Assembly: GCA_963847445.1 (NCBI GenBank)
Contig: CAWJZV010000009.1
Coordinates: 1 to 64,000, forward strand
Direction: 5' to 3'
DNA: 64,000 bases
Source: an uncultured delta proteobacterium
GTDB lineage: Bacteria > Desulfobacterota > Binatia > UBA9968
Shown: piece after piece, positions 20,974-30,784 of the stretch
Layout of the letters: each line of letters starts with the position of its first letter
Numbering within the stretch: the stretch's first letter is position 1
Notes under the pieces: generated by a model
What the model was told of the DNA's origin: nothing
Seen by the model: only the letters and a program-made list of their open reading frames with translations
The model's database searches: none
Translations under genes and position numbers: made by a program

Positions 20974-22368
20974 TATTTGGATTTTCCTTTCATCTGCTGG
21001 CGCTTCTGCTCGGTCCAGCCCGCGCGGATTTTTTCTTCGCGCTGGTTGTAGACCAGCGCGCCGGCGGGAACATTCTTGCGCACCGTACTGGCGGTGGCGA
21101 TATAGACATCGTCGCCGAGCGTGATCGGCGCCACCAGCGTGGTATCGCTGCCGACCTGAACGCGGTCGCCGATCTTGGTTTGGTACTTTTGAAAGCCGTC
21201 GTAGTTGCAGGTGATCGTGCCCGCGCCGATGTTGGAGTCCTGGCCGATGGTGACGTCGCCTAAATAGGTTAAATGGTTCGCCTTGGTGCCGTCGCCGATA
21301 TGCGCCGCCTTGGCCTCGACGAAATTGCCGATATGAACATTGCGACCGAGCTCAGTGCCCGGACGCAGTTGCGCGAACGGACCGACGATCGCGCCGCCGC
21401 CGACCCGGCAAGCGGTGAGCATGACGGAGAACTTAAGCTGCACGTCGTCAGCGATCTCAACGTCGGTAAGAAAGGCCGTGCCGTCAATCTGGCAACGCTC
21501 ACCGATAATCGTTTTGCCGCGCAATTGAGTGTTGGGACCGATCACGGTGTCTTTGCCGATGGTCACACCCTCGTCAATATACGTCGTATCGGGATCTTTT
21601 AACGTCACGCCAGCGAGCATCCACTGGCGATTTATGCTCTCACGCAGGCTCTTTTCCATAAAAGCGAGATCCTCTTTGGTGTTGACGCCCATCATCTCGC
21701 GAGCGTCGGCCGCTTGCACGGTTTCGATGGTTTTCCCCTGAGCCAATCCGATGGTGACAATATCCGGCAAATAATATTCACCCTGCCGATTGTCGTTTTT
21801 AACTGCGCCCAGGGCAGCAAATAGAAACGCCGACGACGCGACATAGACGCCGGCATTCACTTCGCCAATCTGCCTTTGCCCTTCGCTGGCGTCTTTCTCT
21901 TCAACAATACCGGTGACACGGCCGGAAGCGTCGCGCACGACTCGGCCATAACCCTGGGGCCGGTCGAGCGCAGCCGTAAGCAATGTCACGGCGGCTTGCC
22001 GGCTGCGATGCCTGTCAACCATGGCGCGCAGGGTGGCTTCTTTGATCAGCGGCACATCACCGCTAAGGATCAGCACTTCACCGGAGAAGCCGTCAAAGAC
22101 TTCCTTGGCGCAGAGTACGGCATGACCGGTTCCCAGCTGTTTATCTTGAATCGCCCAAGCGACCGCGGTGCCGCTATGAGCCTGGCGCACCAAGTCGGCG
22201 CCATGACCGATAACAATCGCGACACGCGCCGGCAAGAGCCGCTGCGCCGTGGCCAAAGCATGAATGAAAAAGCGGCCGTCCGGCGAGGGGATGAAGCACC
22301 TTGGGCAGGGCGGATTTCATCCGCGTACCCTGTCCAGCCGCTAAAAGAATGACACCAAGCTCCTGCAT
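20973..22368 (-). CDS. glmU: bifunctional UDP-GlcNAc pyrophosphorylase/acetyltransferase, one frameshift near 22266 (probable sequence error)
   Basis: [16 protein letters not shown] in ORF 22174-22377 joins ORF 20973-22256 (LGTGHA, hexapeptide repeats) if one T is removed from a T5 run. Confidence 0.95.
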
Positions 22369-22420
22369 AATCCTCACATCCGAGTCACGAGCTTGAATTA
22401 TAAGGTAACTAGCGAGTCAA

Positions 22421-23624
22421 TCAAAGCAAAGATCTTGGTTTGTTGGCGGCTTTCGGCAGGATCCAAGACACCAAGCCGCAGGCGAGCGCGCTGGCCGCCA
22501 CGGCAAAGGGCACCGGCATGAGCGCCGCCACGCTGCCGATGCCGATGGCGCCGAGCGAACCGAAGCCGCGGTCGAGAAAAAACAAACTCATGGCGCGGCC
22601 CATCATATGATCGGGACATTCCTCTTGAATGATCGCCCGAGCGAGCACGCGGTAGCTCATCTGCATGGAGCCGACAATGGCTAGAAGGATGATCGAAAGA
22701 AAGTAGAAAGGTGACAGCGCGAATAGGAATATCGCGACGGCATAAATTAAACTGGCGCCGACCAATAGACGGCGCATGCCGCGCAGCCGCGCGTGGGTCG
22801 AAAGAAAAAAGCTGATCAGCACCGCACCGACGCCCGGCGCCGAGACGAGCACACCGTAACCCGCCGGCCCCACATGCAAAACCTCCTGGGCAAAATAGGG
22901 CAGAAACTGAGCATAGGAAATGCCGAAGAAACCGTTGGAGTAAGTCGTCAAGATGGTCGAAAACAAGCGGCGATTCTCACGCAGATAGGAAATTCCCTCG
23001 ACGATGTCTTTGAGCCAATCGCCTTTCGCCAGACTCGCCGGCACTGCCGCCGGTTGCATGCGCCACAGGGTGATTAACATGCCGACAACTGTGACGGCCT
23101 GGATTAAAATACAGGGCCCCGGTCCGATCACCGTCAAAAGTACTCCGCCAATCGACGGCCCGATCACTTTAGTCAAGTTATGGGTCGCCGAGTTGAGCGC
23201 CAAGGCGCTGACGACGCCCTCCTGCGGCACCAGATTGACGATCACCACCTGTTGCGCCGCCGTGCTAAACGAGCTGACGATCGCCATGAACACGACCAGC
23301 ACGACGATATGCCAAAACTGCAGCTGACCGGTGAAAATCAGCGCCGCAAAAATCAGGCTGTGAAGCTAAATTAGCGAAGCGGCTCAACTTGAGCAGCTTC
23401 AGCCGGTCCATGCGATCGGCGACGACACCGCCGATGGGACCGAAGACAAAGCGCGGCGCGAACTCGCAGAATCCTAAAAGCCCCAGGGCAAAGGCCGACC
23501 GGGTGAGTTCCCAGGCGAGCCAATTTTGCACGACAAAGTGAATATACTCGCCGGTCTCCGCCGGTAAGTAGCCGATCGTAAACAGGCGAAAGTCGCGGTA
23601 GCGCAGTGCTGGCGGTAATCTCAC
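22421..23624 (-). CDS. MFS transporter, frameshift near 23362
   Basis: ORF 23265-23624 (GVVADRMDRLKL) and ORF 22421-23302 are the two parts of one MFS paralogous to 17876-19144. Confidence 0.82.
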
Positions 23625-23891
23625 GCGGCGATAGGAATCCTTGGTGAAAACATGCAGTAGAAACTATATTCTCAGCTCGCCGCGAAGTCCACTTCGTTAA
23701 CCAGATGCCGCAGTTTCACAATAGCGCCGGCCGAGGGAGGCACGATCCTGGATTCCTGAAGCCAGCCAACGCTGCGGCGCATAGTCGTTTTCCCGGCGCG
23801 GGTCACCGTGCTTTGGATATATGGATTCTTCGCCCGGCAGCGCATAAACTTTCCCGCTTACAGACTGTCGCAATTCGGGAGTCTTTCTTTT

Positions 23892-23999
23892 CTGTCATCC
23901 CGAGCGCAGTGAGGGATCTCGTCTTTACTGCCACTTACGAAGATGAGATTCCTCGGCGGAGTTTATCCTGAGCGGAGCCGAAGGGCCTCGGAAAAACAG
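23892..23999. repeat. palindromic REP-like element with an inserted second element
   Basis: CTGTCATCCCGAG..GAGGGATCTC ... GAGATTCCTC[GGCGGAGTTTATCCTGAGCGGAGCCGAAGGGC]CTCGGAAAAACAG. Confidence 0.65.
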
Positions 24000-24126
24000 T
24001 TACGACTCCGCCTGTTAGCGAACTCCGGGATATTCCTTGCAAGATATCCTTGTCAGCGCGGCAGATTTCATTTACAAAATAGTTTCAGACAGAAAACTTG
24101 TCGGACTCTATGCAGTCGGAGGTCTA

Positions 24127-24291
24127 TTGGAAAATCGACCGGCGGCGCCACTTGCCCAGCAGGATTTGGAAAATAACTGGTGGGACTACTGCCCGATTTG
24201 TAGTTCCAGGCTCAACAATCAAAAATGCAAATATGTCTGCCCCAACCCGCAATGCCATTTCTTCATGAGCTGCAGCGAATTCGATCGCTAG
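24127..24291 (+). CDS. small Cys-rich zinc-finger protein (~54 aa)
   Basis: CPIC-x7-CKYVCPNPQC-x4-SC; GGAGG just before in-frame TTG. Confidence 0.7.
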   Translation: MENRPAAPLAQQDLENNWWDYCPICSSRLNNQKCKYVCPNPQCHFFMSCSEFDR

Positions 24292-24350
24292 CGGCGTAGC
24301 GGCGCGAACCTCTGGCGCTCGTCGCCGCATTGCGGTAAAAGACAAAAACC

Positions 24351-25081
24351 ATGGCGAAAACCGCTGGCATCGTCATCATCGGCAACGAGGTCCTGTCGGG
24401 CAAGACCCAGGACATCAACTCGCATTTTTTCTGCACGGAACTGCGCCAGTTGGGCGTCGAGGTGCAGAAGATCTCCACCATCCAGGACGAGATCCCGCTG
24501 ATCGGCAAGGAAGTCGCCGAATTTTCCCAACGCTTCGACTTCGTTTTTACCTCCGGCGGCATCGGCCCGACTCACGACGATGTCACCATCGAAGGCATCG
24601 CCCATGGCTTCGGCGTCAATGTCGTGCGCCATCCCGACATCGAAGGCGCGCATGCGCCGGCGCCTTGGCGCCGACTTGAACGAGGCGCGCCTGCGCATGG
24701 CCAACGTCCCGGAAGGCGCTACGCTCTTGTGCGCCGATGCGCCGTTTGCGCCCATCGTACTGATGCGCAATGTCTATGTTTTCCCCGGTATCCCAAAGAT
24801 TCTCCAGGAGCGCTTTCACAGCATCAAAGAACAGTTTCGCGACGCGCCCTACTATCTCAAGAACGTTTACGTGCGCCACGGCGAAGGCATAATCGCCGAC
24901 CATGCTCAACGATCTGTTGGTTAAATATCCCGAGCTCATGTTGGGCTCCTATCCGGTGCTCGATCTCCCCGACTACAAGGTCAAGGTCACGCTCGAATCG
25001 AAGGACCAGCAGTATTTGACCCGGGCGTTAGCAGCCTTCGTCGCCTCCCTGCCCAAAGACGGCGTCCACCGCATCGACTAA
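24351..25081 (+). CDS. CinA-N / molybdopterin-binding domain protein, frameshifts near 24645 and 24900
   Basis: IIGNEVLSGKTQDIN, SGGIGPTHDDVT; continues in other frames as NVYVFPGIP and LGSYP...VKVTLESKD. Confidence 0.8.
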
Positions 25082-25090
25082 CTCGCGCGA

Positions 25091-26530
25091 ATGGCCGAAC
25101 ATTCATCCTGGGGCAGACTGCCGCCATTCAAAAGGGCGCCGCTGCCGCCGATGCCGGGGATGCTCCGCGCCTTGGGCCCCGGCGTGGTTTTCATGGCGCT
25201 GGCCCAGGGCAGCGGCGAGCTGATTTTTTGGCCCTACACGATCGCCAAGTATGGCCTGGCGTTTTTGTTTTTGCTGATTCCCGCCTGCTTGCTGCAATTC
25301 CCGGTGATCTACGAGATCGGCCGCTACACCTTGCTCACCGGTGAGAGCATCTTTCAGGGCTTCATCCGGTTGAATCGAACTTTCGCTTTTTTCCTCTGGA
25401 TCTTGATGACGCTGTCGTTTCTCTGGTTCGGCGCCTTCGCCGCCGCCGGCGGCACATCGATCGCCGCGCTCAGCGATTTCCCCAGCGGCTGGAGCCGGCG
25501 CGAGCAGACTTTATTTTGGGCCTACGCCACCATGGGGTTATTTCTGATCGCCATCCTGCTCAGCAAGGTAATTTACCAATTGATCGAGACCTTCATGTGG
25601 GGCGTGGCGCTATTCACCTTGGTCGGGCTCATCTGGGCCAGCGCCAACGCTGAAGTGCTGCGCGCGCTGCCGGCTTTCGTAAAAGGGTTGGTCATCCCCG
25701 AGTGGCCGATGCCACGTCCTTGGGACCCCGCCGATGCGACGAAATTGCTAACCGCGGTCACGTTCGCCGGGCTTGGCGGTTTTTGGACGCTCTTTTATTC
25801 TTATTGGTTGCGCGACAAAGGCGCAGGCATGGCCCACTACGCCGGCCGACTCACCGGACCGATCACCGGCAAACCGGAGGCGATACCCGAGTCGGGCGCG
25901 CTGCCGGGCAACGACGAAGGACTGGCCCATGTACGGCGCTGGCATCGTTTCATGTTCTGGGACATCGGCATCGGCGTCATCGGCAACATGATCACCACGC
26001 TGCTCACCTGCCTGCTCGCCTACGCGCTGCTCTTTCCCAAAGGACTACTGCCCCAAGGCTACGAGATCGCCGTGGTGCAAAGCCGCTTCTTCGAAGTGAG
26101 CTGGGGCGGCTGGGGGAGAATTTTATTTTTAATCGTCGCGGCGGCGTTTCTCTCCGACACCTGGCTCGCGACAGTGGACGCCGTCAGCCGCACTCATGCC
26201 GATTGCGTCTACGGTTTTTTTCCGCGCAGTCACCGCATTCCTTATCGCAAATGGTATCTGTTCTTTCTGCTTCTGCTCACGATCGTCACCGGCGTCACGG
26301 TGCAGATGAACGAGCCCGGTACGCTGATCTTGATTTCCGCGGTCATCGGCTTCGTCGGCACGGTGATTTATTCAGTGGCGCTGATTTTGTTGAATCACGT
26401 CTACCTGCCGCGCCATCTGCCCAATGCCGCCAAACCGGGGAAGCTGAATTTCTTTTTCATGCTCATCTCCTGCACCGCCTACTTCGTCCTCGCCGCGCTC
26501 TATCTGCTGACCGTGCTAAAAATCATCTGA
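25091..26530 (+). CDS. Nramp-like (APC superfamily) membrane transporter
   Basis: LGPG...GSGELIFWP, YEIGRYTLLTGES, YSYW; about 11 TM segments. Confidence 0.78.
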   Translation: MAEHSSWGRLPPFKRAPLPPMPGMLRALGPGVVFMALAQGSGELIFWPYTIAKYGLAFLFLLIPACLLQFPVIYEIGRYTLLTGESIFQGFIRLNRTFAFFLWILMTLSFLWFGAFAAAGGTSIAALSDFPSGWSRREQTLFWAYATMGLFLIAILLSKVIYQLIETFMWGVALFTLVGLIWASANAEVLRALPAFVKGLVIPEWPMPRPWDPADATKLLTAVTFAGLGGFWTLFYSYWLRDKGAGMAHYAGRLTGPITGKPEAIPESGALPGNDEGLAHVRRWHRFMFWDIGIGVIGNMITTLLTCLLAYALLFPKGLLPQGYEIAVVQSRFFEVSWGGWGRILFLIVAAAFLSDTWLATVDAVSRTHADCVYGFFPRSHRIPYRKWYLFFLLLLTIVTGVTVQMNEPGTLILISAVIGFVGTVIYSVALILLNHVYLPRHLPNAAKPGKLNFFFMLISCTAYFVLAALYLLTVLKII

Positions 26531-26629
26531 GGGCCATGAATTTTGCCGTTCTATCTCCTTTCTCAGTTTAATGGTATTACCGCCGCCAGGCTGGTACCAT
26601 AGTCGAAAATTTAGCTGGAGAAATCGACC

Positions 26630-27280
26630 TTGACTGAAATCATCAATTGGATCATGGACTCCATCCGCACCTACGGGGCTTGGAGCGTATTTGCCGGCGT
26701 TATCATCGAATCGGTAATCGTGCCGATCCCGTCGCCGCTGATCATCATGGGCGCGGGCTTTATCTTGATCAGCGCCGATCTGAAATTCTTCGAAGCCCTG
26801 ATGCCGATCTTGTTGCAGATCGTCCTGCCGGGCGCCATCGCCTCGACACTTGGCGCTTACATCGGTTACGCCATCGGCTACTACGGCGGCAAGCCGATGG
26901 TTGACCGCTGGGAGCGGTTGTTGGGATTTAGTTGGAAAGATGTCGAATCCCTGGAAAAACGCTTTCGCGACGGCCAGGTGAACACGACGATTTTTTTTCT
27001 CCGCGCGCTGCCGGTTTTCCCGCTTTCCGTGATTTCCGCGGCGGCGGGCTTACTCCGTCTGCCGCTCAACCAGTTTAGCCTATGGACTTTCTACGGCACG
27101 ATTCCGCGCTGCCTGCTGCTTGGCTACCTCGGTTGGGGTCTGGGCGAAACCTATCAAGGCATCGCCAAAGGCATCGATAAAGCGGAAGGGATTGTTTCGG
27201 GAATTCTCGTCGTGGCGATTATGGGCGTCATCGTCTGGCTGCGCGCCCGCGTGCGCGGCAAGATTCTCGATAACGGCTGA
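26630..27280 (+). CDS. DedA family membrane protein
   Basis: ESVIVPIPS, GAYIGYAIGYYGG, FLRALP, ISAAAG. Confidence 0.88.
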   Translation: MTEIINWIMDSIRTYGAWSVFAGVIIESVIVPIPSPLIIMGAGFILISADLKFFEALMPILLQIVLPGAIASTLGAYIGYAIGYYGGKPMVDRWERLLGFSWKDVESLEKRFRDGQVNTTIFFLRALPVFPLSVISAAAGLLRLPLNQFSLWTFYGTIPRCLLLGYLGWGLGETYQGIAKGIDKAEGIVSGILVVAIMGVIVWLRARVRGKILDNG

Positions 27281-27298
27281 ACCCCGTTCCATCTTGCA

Positions 27299-27479
27299 AG
27301 CAGCGGCAAGGCGCGAGTCCGGAGCAGTGAAGCCACCTAGCCGTGCAGCCGCAAAGTCATTTTTCATGCGCAGCGATATATTATCGCTGACCGCCGTGAC
27401 AACCGAACGCACCATAGTTCAAGAAGTGCTCAGAGGCAGAGGCCCATTGGCTTCACTGCGGAGGGCTTGCCCCTCGCTA
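27299..27479 (-). ncRNA. candidate structured RNA, possibly 6S RNA
   Basis: ~180-nt intergenic rod: GCAGTGAAGCCA/TGGCTTCACTGC closing stem, apical CAGCGATA/TATCGCTG hairpin; GGGCCTCTGCCTCTGAGC resembles the 6S 5' segment; strand tentative. Confidence 0.45.
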
Positions 27480-27510
27480 TAGAGTTAACTTTGCAACGGC
27501 AGATTGCCAG

Positions 27511-28221
27511 TTAGAACCAGTGCTGCTCCGAGCCGATTTCCCAGCCGAGCAAGAGTCCGAACGCGACACTGGCGAATCCCGCAACCACGCGGATCCAACG
27601 GTTCATCGCCGAGAAGCGTTGCGCCGTGAGAATAAACGGCAAGCTGATAATGCCGCTTAAAAGCAACATCCCGCCAACCGAACCGAGACCGAAAATCACG
27701 ATATAAGCGAGGCCGGCCAAGGGCGAGGTGATCGTGCCGAGCACGAGCAACATCAACGCCGCGCTGCCGGCCAGGCCATGCACCATGCCAACGAAAAACG
27801 GCCGGCGCATCGCTTTGAACGGATGGTTGTGGCCATGGTCCTGCTGCGGCTTTTCATGGACGTGAAAATGAGTGTGAGTTTCAGGATTATGCGTATGGGT
27901 GTGCAAATGAACTTGCGCCGGGCCAAAGGTGCGACGCAAGACGTTCAGTCCGAGCACCACCAGCATAATCGCCACGAGAAACTCTAAACCGGCCGCAACC
28001 GACTGGGAAATCGTCAGGCGCAGACCGATCACCAGCAGGCCGACGAGAAACAACGTCGTGGTGTGGCCCAAGCCCCAAAAGGCGCCAATCAACGACGCCC
28101 ACTTGAAGTTCTTATGCTCGCTGACGATCGTCGACACCGCGATCAAATGATCGGGATCGAGGGCATGCTGGATACCCAGCAGCAGTCCCAAACCGAAGGC
28201 GGCAAATAGCGAAGCTTCCAT
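27511..28221 (-). CDS. nickel/cobalt transporter (UreH/NiCoT-like)
   Basis: HALDPDH, WGLGH, His-rich loop HLHTHTH..HTHFHVH, GMVHGLAGS. Confidence 0.85.
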   Translation of the reverse strand: MEASLFAAFGLGLLLGIQHALDPDHLIAVSTIVSEHKNFKWASLIGAFWGLGHTTTLFLVGLLVIGLRLTISQSVAAGLEFLVAIMLVVLGLNVLRRTFGPAQVHLHTHTHNPETHTHFHVHEKPQQDHGHNHPFKAMRRPFFVGMVHGLAGSAALMLLVLGTITSPLAGLAYIVIFGLGSVGGMLLLSGIISLPFILTAQRFSAMNRWIRVVAGFASVAFGLLLGWEIGSEQHWF

Positions 28222-28231
28222 GGTGTTAGAA

Positions 28232-28313
28232 GAGACAGAGACGCGAGATAGAGACCGCAGCTTCCCCTACTCGCCCAATCTGACTCTCTATCTCGATTCT
28301 CTATCTCTGTCTC
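28232..28313. repeat. purine/pyrimidine imperfect inverted repeat between moaE and the Ni/Co transporter
   Basis: GAGACAGAGACGCGAGATAGAGAC ... CTCTCTATCTCGATTCTCTATCTCTGTCTC. Confidence 0.55.
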
Positions 28314-28319
28314 AATGCT

Positions 28320-28748
28320 CTATCTCTGCAACGGTTGGCCGGTCTGCGTGCCGATCCACACTTCGCCGCCTTCGAAAACTTCTTTCTTCCAAATCGGCAC
28401 GGTCTTTTTGATTTCTTCGATGGCGAAGCGGCTGGCGGCAAAGGCCGCCTCGCGGTGCGCCGACGAGACGGCGATGATCACGCTCGCCTCGCCGATCTGC
28501 ACCGGACCCAATCGGTGGACGATCGCCATGCGGCGGATCTGCCATTTTTGCGCCGCCTCGGCGCCGATGCGCGCCAGTTCTTTCTCCGCCATCTCGGGAT
28601 AGGCTTCGTAGTCCAGCGCGATCACGTTTCGCCCTTCGTTGTTGTTGCGCGTAGTGCCGATGAACGTCGCGATGGCGCCAGCTTCCGGGTCGGTGACAAA
28701 GTCTACCAACTCCTGCAAATTGATTGGTTTATCGGTAACGCGAAACAT
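28320..28748 (-). CDS. moaE: molybdopterin synthase catalytic subunit
   Basis: GAIATFIGTTR, YEAYPEMA, HRLG, HREAAF, PIWKKE. Confidence 0.96.
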   Translation of the reverse strand: MFRVTDKPINLQELVDFVTDPEAGAIATFIGTTRNNNEGRNVIALDYEAYPEMAEKELARIGAEAAQKWQIRRMAIVHRLGPVQIGEASVIIAVSSAHREAAFAASRFAIEEIKKTVPIWKKEVFEGGEVWIGTQTGQPLQR

Positions 28749-28772
28749 CTTGTCTCGTCTTATTCATCTGGC

Positions 28773-28806
28773 CATTTGAAATCTGAGATCTGTCATTTGC
28801 CATTCC
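28773..28806. repeat. degenerate 7-bp tandem repeat (ATTTCAG-type, inverted orientation)
   Basis: ATTTGAA-ATCTGAG-ATCTGTC-ATTTGCC-ATTCC. Confidence 0.55.
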
Positions 28807-28821
28807 GAGCACAAGCGAGGA

Positions 28822-29067
28822 CTAGCCTCCACTCACCGGCGGGAGAAACACCACTTCGTCGCCGTCGCGGAGCTTCTCGTCCAAGTGGACGTAATTCTGG
28901 TTAACGGCGTAGAGCAGCCGAATTCCCGGCACATCGAGCTTGGGATAGATTTTTTGTAACCCGTGCCAGAGTTCGCCCACTGTGGCGCCTTCGCTGAGTT
29001 CCTGAATAACTTCCGCGGTTCCGGCGCGCTCGCGCAGGATGGCGAAGAACTTCACGCGAACTTTCAT
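28822..29067 (-). CDS. moaD: molybdopterin synthase sulfur carrier
   Basis: VKFFAILRE, AVNQNY, C-terminal PPVSGG. Confidence 0.95.
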   Translation of the reverse strand: MKVRVKFFAILRERAGTAEVIQELSEGATVGELWHGLQKIYPKLDVPGIRLLYAVNQNYVHLDEKLRDGDEVVFLPPVSGG

Positions 29068-29570
29068 TTTCCTTGGAGCTGCGAAACCATGTGGCAAATT
29101 TCCGGCAGGATCAATTTCTCCATCGCCAAGGTCACCGCGCCTTTCGAGCCCGGCAGCGAGATCAAGACTTTGCCGCGCGCCGTGCCGGCGGCGGCCCGGC
29201 TCATGATCGCCGCCGAACCGATGTCCAAATAACTCAGATAGCGAAATATCTCGCCGAAGCCGTCGAGGGTTTTTTCGAGAAAGCGGCTGACGACCTCATA
29301 GGTGCCGTCGCGCGGCGCGATGCCGGTGCCGCCATTGACGATCACCGCGTCGACATCGGCGCTTGCCAGCGCTTCGTTGAGCAATGCTTCGATCTGCACC
29401 GGCTCGTCTTTGACGATGCGGTAGCCGGCCGCCTGATGGCCTTCGCCGATGAGAAATTGCTTGATGGTTTGGCCGCTGGTGTCGGTGCTTTCATCGCGGC
29501 TATCGCTTACCGTGATGACGAAACAGCGCACGCTTTTTTGGGCTTTTTCTTTATGCTCGTGGACCGCCAT
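29064..29570 (-). CDS. moaB: molybdenum cofactor biosynthesis protein MoaB/MogA
   Basis: ITVSDSR, DTSG, GGTGIAPRD, SRAAAG, LPGS. Confidence 0.92.
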   Translation of the reverse strand: MAVHEHKEKAQKSVRCFVITVSDSRDESTDTSGQTIKQFLIGEGHQAAGYRIVKDEPVQIEALLNEALASADVDAVIVNGGTGIAPRDGTYEVVSRFLEKTLDGFGEIFRYLSYLDIGSAAIMSRAAAGTARGKVLISLPGSKGAVTLAMEKLILPEICHMVSQLQGK

Positions 29571-29644
29571 GGGCGCCTCGCAGGGAAATTTCACTGGCGA
29601 CTATAACAACCGACCCTGGTGAATTCAAACCAGCGAATTTTCTA

Positions 29645-30763
29645 CTATTTCACCGGCTTTACCGGCGCGGGACAGATTTTTTTGATGTCTTCCCAGGAAT
29701 AATCCGGCAGCAGTTTCTGTGAACGAGCGACGCTCGCGGCGATCAAGCTTTTGAGCCGGGCGATGCGCATCTCGGTGTGCGGGTGGGTCGAAACATAGGA
29801 CAGCGCCGTTGCCATTTGACCCTCCTCTTTGCCCACTGCTTCGAAGAAGGCGATCATACCGGCGGGATCGATTTGCCCAGCCAAGAGCATCTGCAAGCCG
29901 GCCTCATCGGCTTCCAACTCATGCTGGCGGCTAAAACGCATCTGCGCCACCATCTGCGCCGCCTCGACGCCGAAGGAAACCATGCCGCTGGCATCGCCCA
30001 ACACCGCGGCGACCAAAAAACTTATGGAAGCGTATTCGAGCAGTGAGCGTGTCACATGGCGTTTGAGAATATGTTGCACCTCATGGGCCAAGACACCGGC
30101 CAGCTCTTCGGCATTTTCCGTGCGATCCAACAAGCCGCGAAAGATGACGATATGGCCGCCTGGGGCGGCCAAGGCGTTGAACATCGGCTGGTTGACCACA
30201 TGTATCTTGATGCGGTACTTAGTCTCGCCCTGGCTCGCCAGCATGGCACCGACCATGTTTTCGATTCTTGCCAGCCGTGCCGGATCGCTGCAACGCTGCT
30301 CCGCCGGCGCAACATACTCCAGCATGCTCTGGCCGAGCTGCTCTTCCCACGACACGGGCACCCAGGGCGCGGCGATTTTCGCGAAAGTTGGAATAGCCCA
30401 AAAATAACTGGCGACAATCAATGCTACCGAAGCGCAAGCGGCGACGATGGTGAGCTGGAAGCGCTGGGTTCGCTTGGCCGGGTTGTGGAAGCCACCGGCG
30501 CGGCTGGGCAAGAGCTGGTGGAAGGAAGTGAGAAAGCTGTCGTCGTCAATCAACAAGACTTCGGCCGGTTCGCCGCCATGCTCCAGCCGGACCTGGTCGC
30601 CGGCATAGGCGCCTTGGGTTTGCCGGATTTCCGCGTAAGGCCAATTTAGCATGGCACCGTCGTCGAGGTCGACGCGCAGATTGCCGGGCTCGAGATAAAT
30701 CCTCGCCGTGCGCCGATTGGCGCTTTGACCGTCGAAGTAATAGCCGAACCATTGCAGTTGCAT
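29645..30763 (-). CDS. M48 family zinc metallopeptidase
   Basis: NALAAPGG, VLAHEVQH (HExxH), ELEAD, STHP. Confidence 0.92.
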   Translation of the reverse strand: MQLQWFGYYFDGQSANRRTARIYLEPGNLRVDLDDGAMLNWPYAEIRQTQGAYAGDQVRLEHGGEPAEVLLIDDDSFLTSFHQLLPSRAGGFHNPAKRTQRFQLTIVAACASVALIVASYFWAIPTFAKIAAPWVPVSWEEQLGQSMLEYVAPAEQRCSDPARLARIENMVGAMLASQGETKYRIKIHVVNQPMFNALAAPGGHIVIFRGLLDRTENAEELAGVLAHEVQHILKRHVTRSLLEYASISFLVAAVLGDASGMVSFGVEAAQMVAQMRFSRQHELEADEAGLQMLLAGQIDPAGMIAFFEAVGKEEGQMATALSYVSTHPHTEMRIARLKSLIAASVARSQKLLPDYSWEDIKKICPAPVKPVK

Positions 30764-30784
30764 CGTTGCCGTGCGCGAATTTGC

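Noticed and set aside
20973-22368. glmU and lptC as pseudogenes or programmed frameshifts
   Set aside because: Normally essential genes with single indels and no slippery-site/stimulator pattern; sequencing error is more parsimonious
27492-27510. sigma54-like TGGCA...TTGCA on the minus strand upstream of the RNA candidate
   Set aside because: GG to GC spacing is 12 nt, not the required 10
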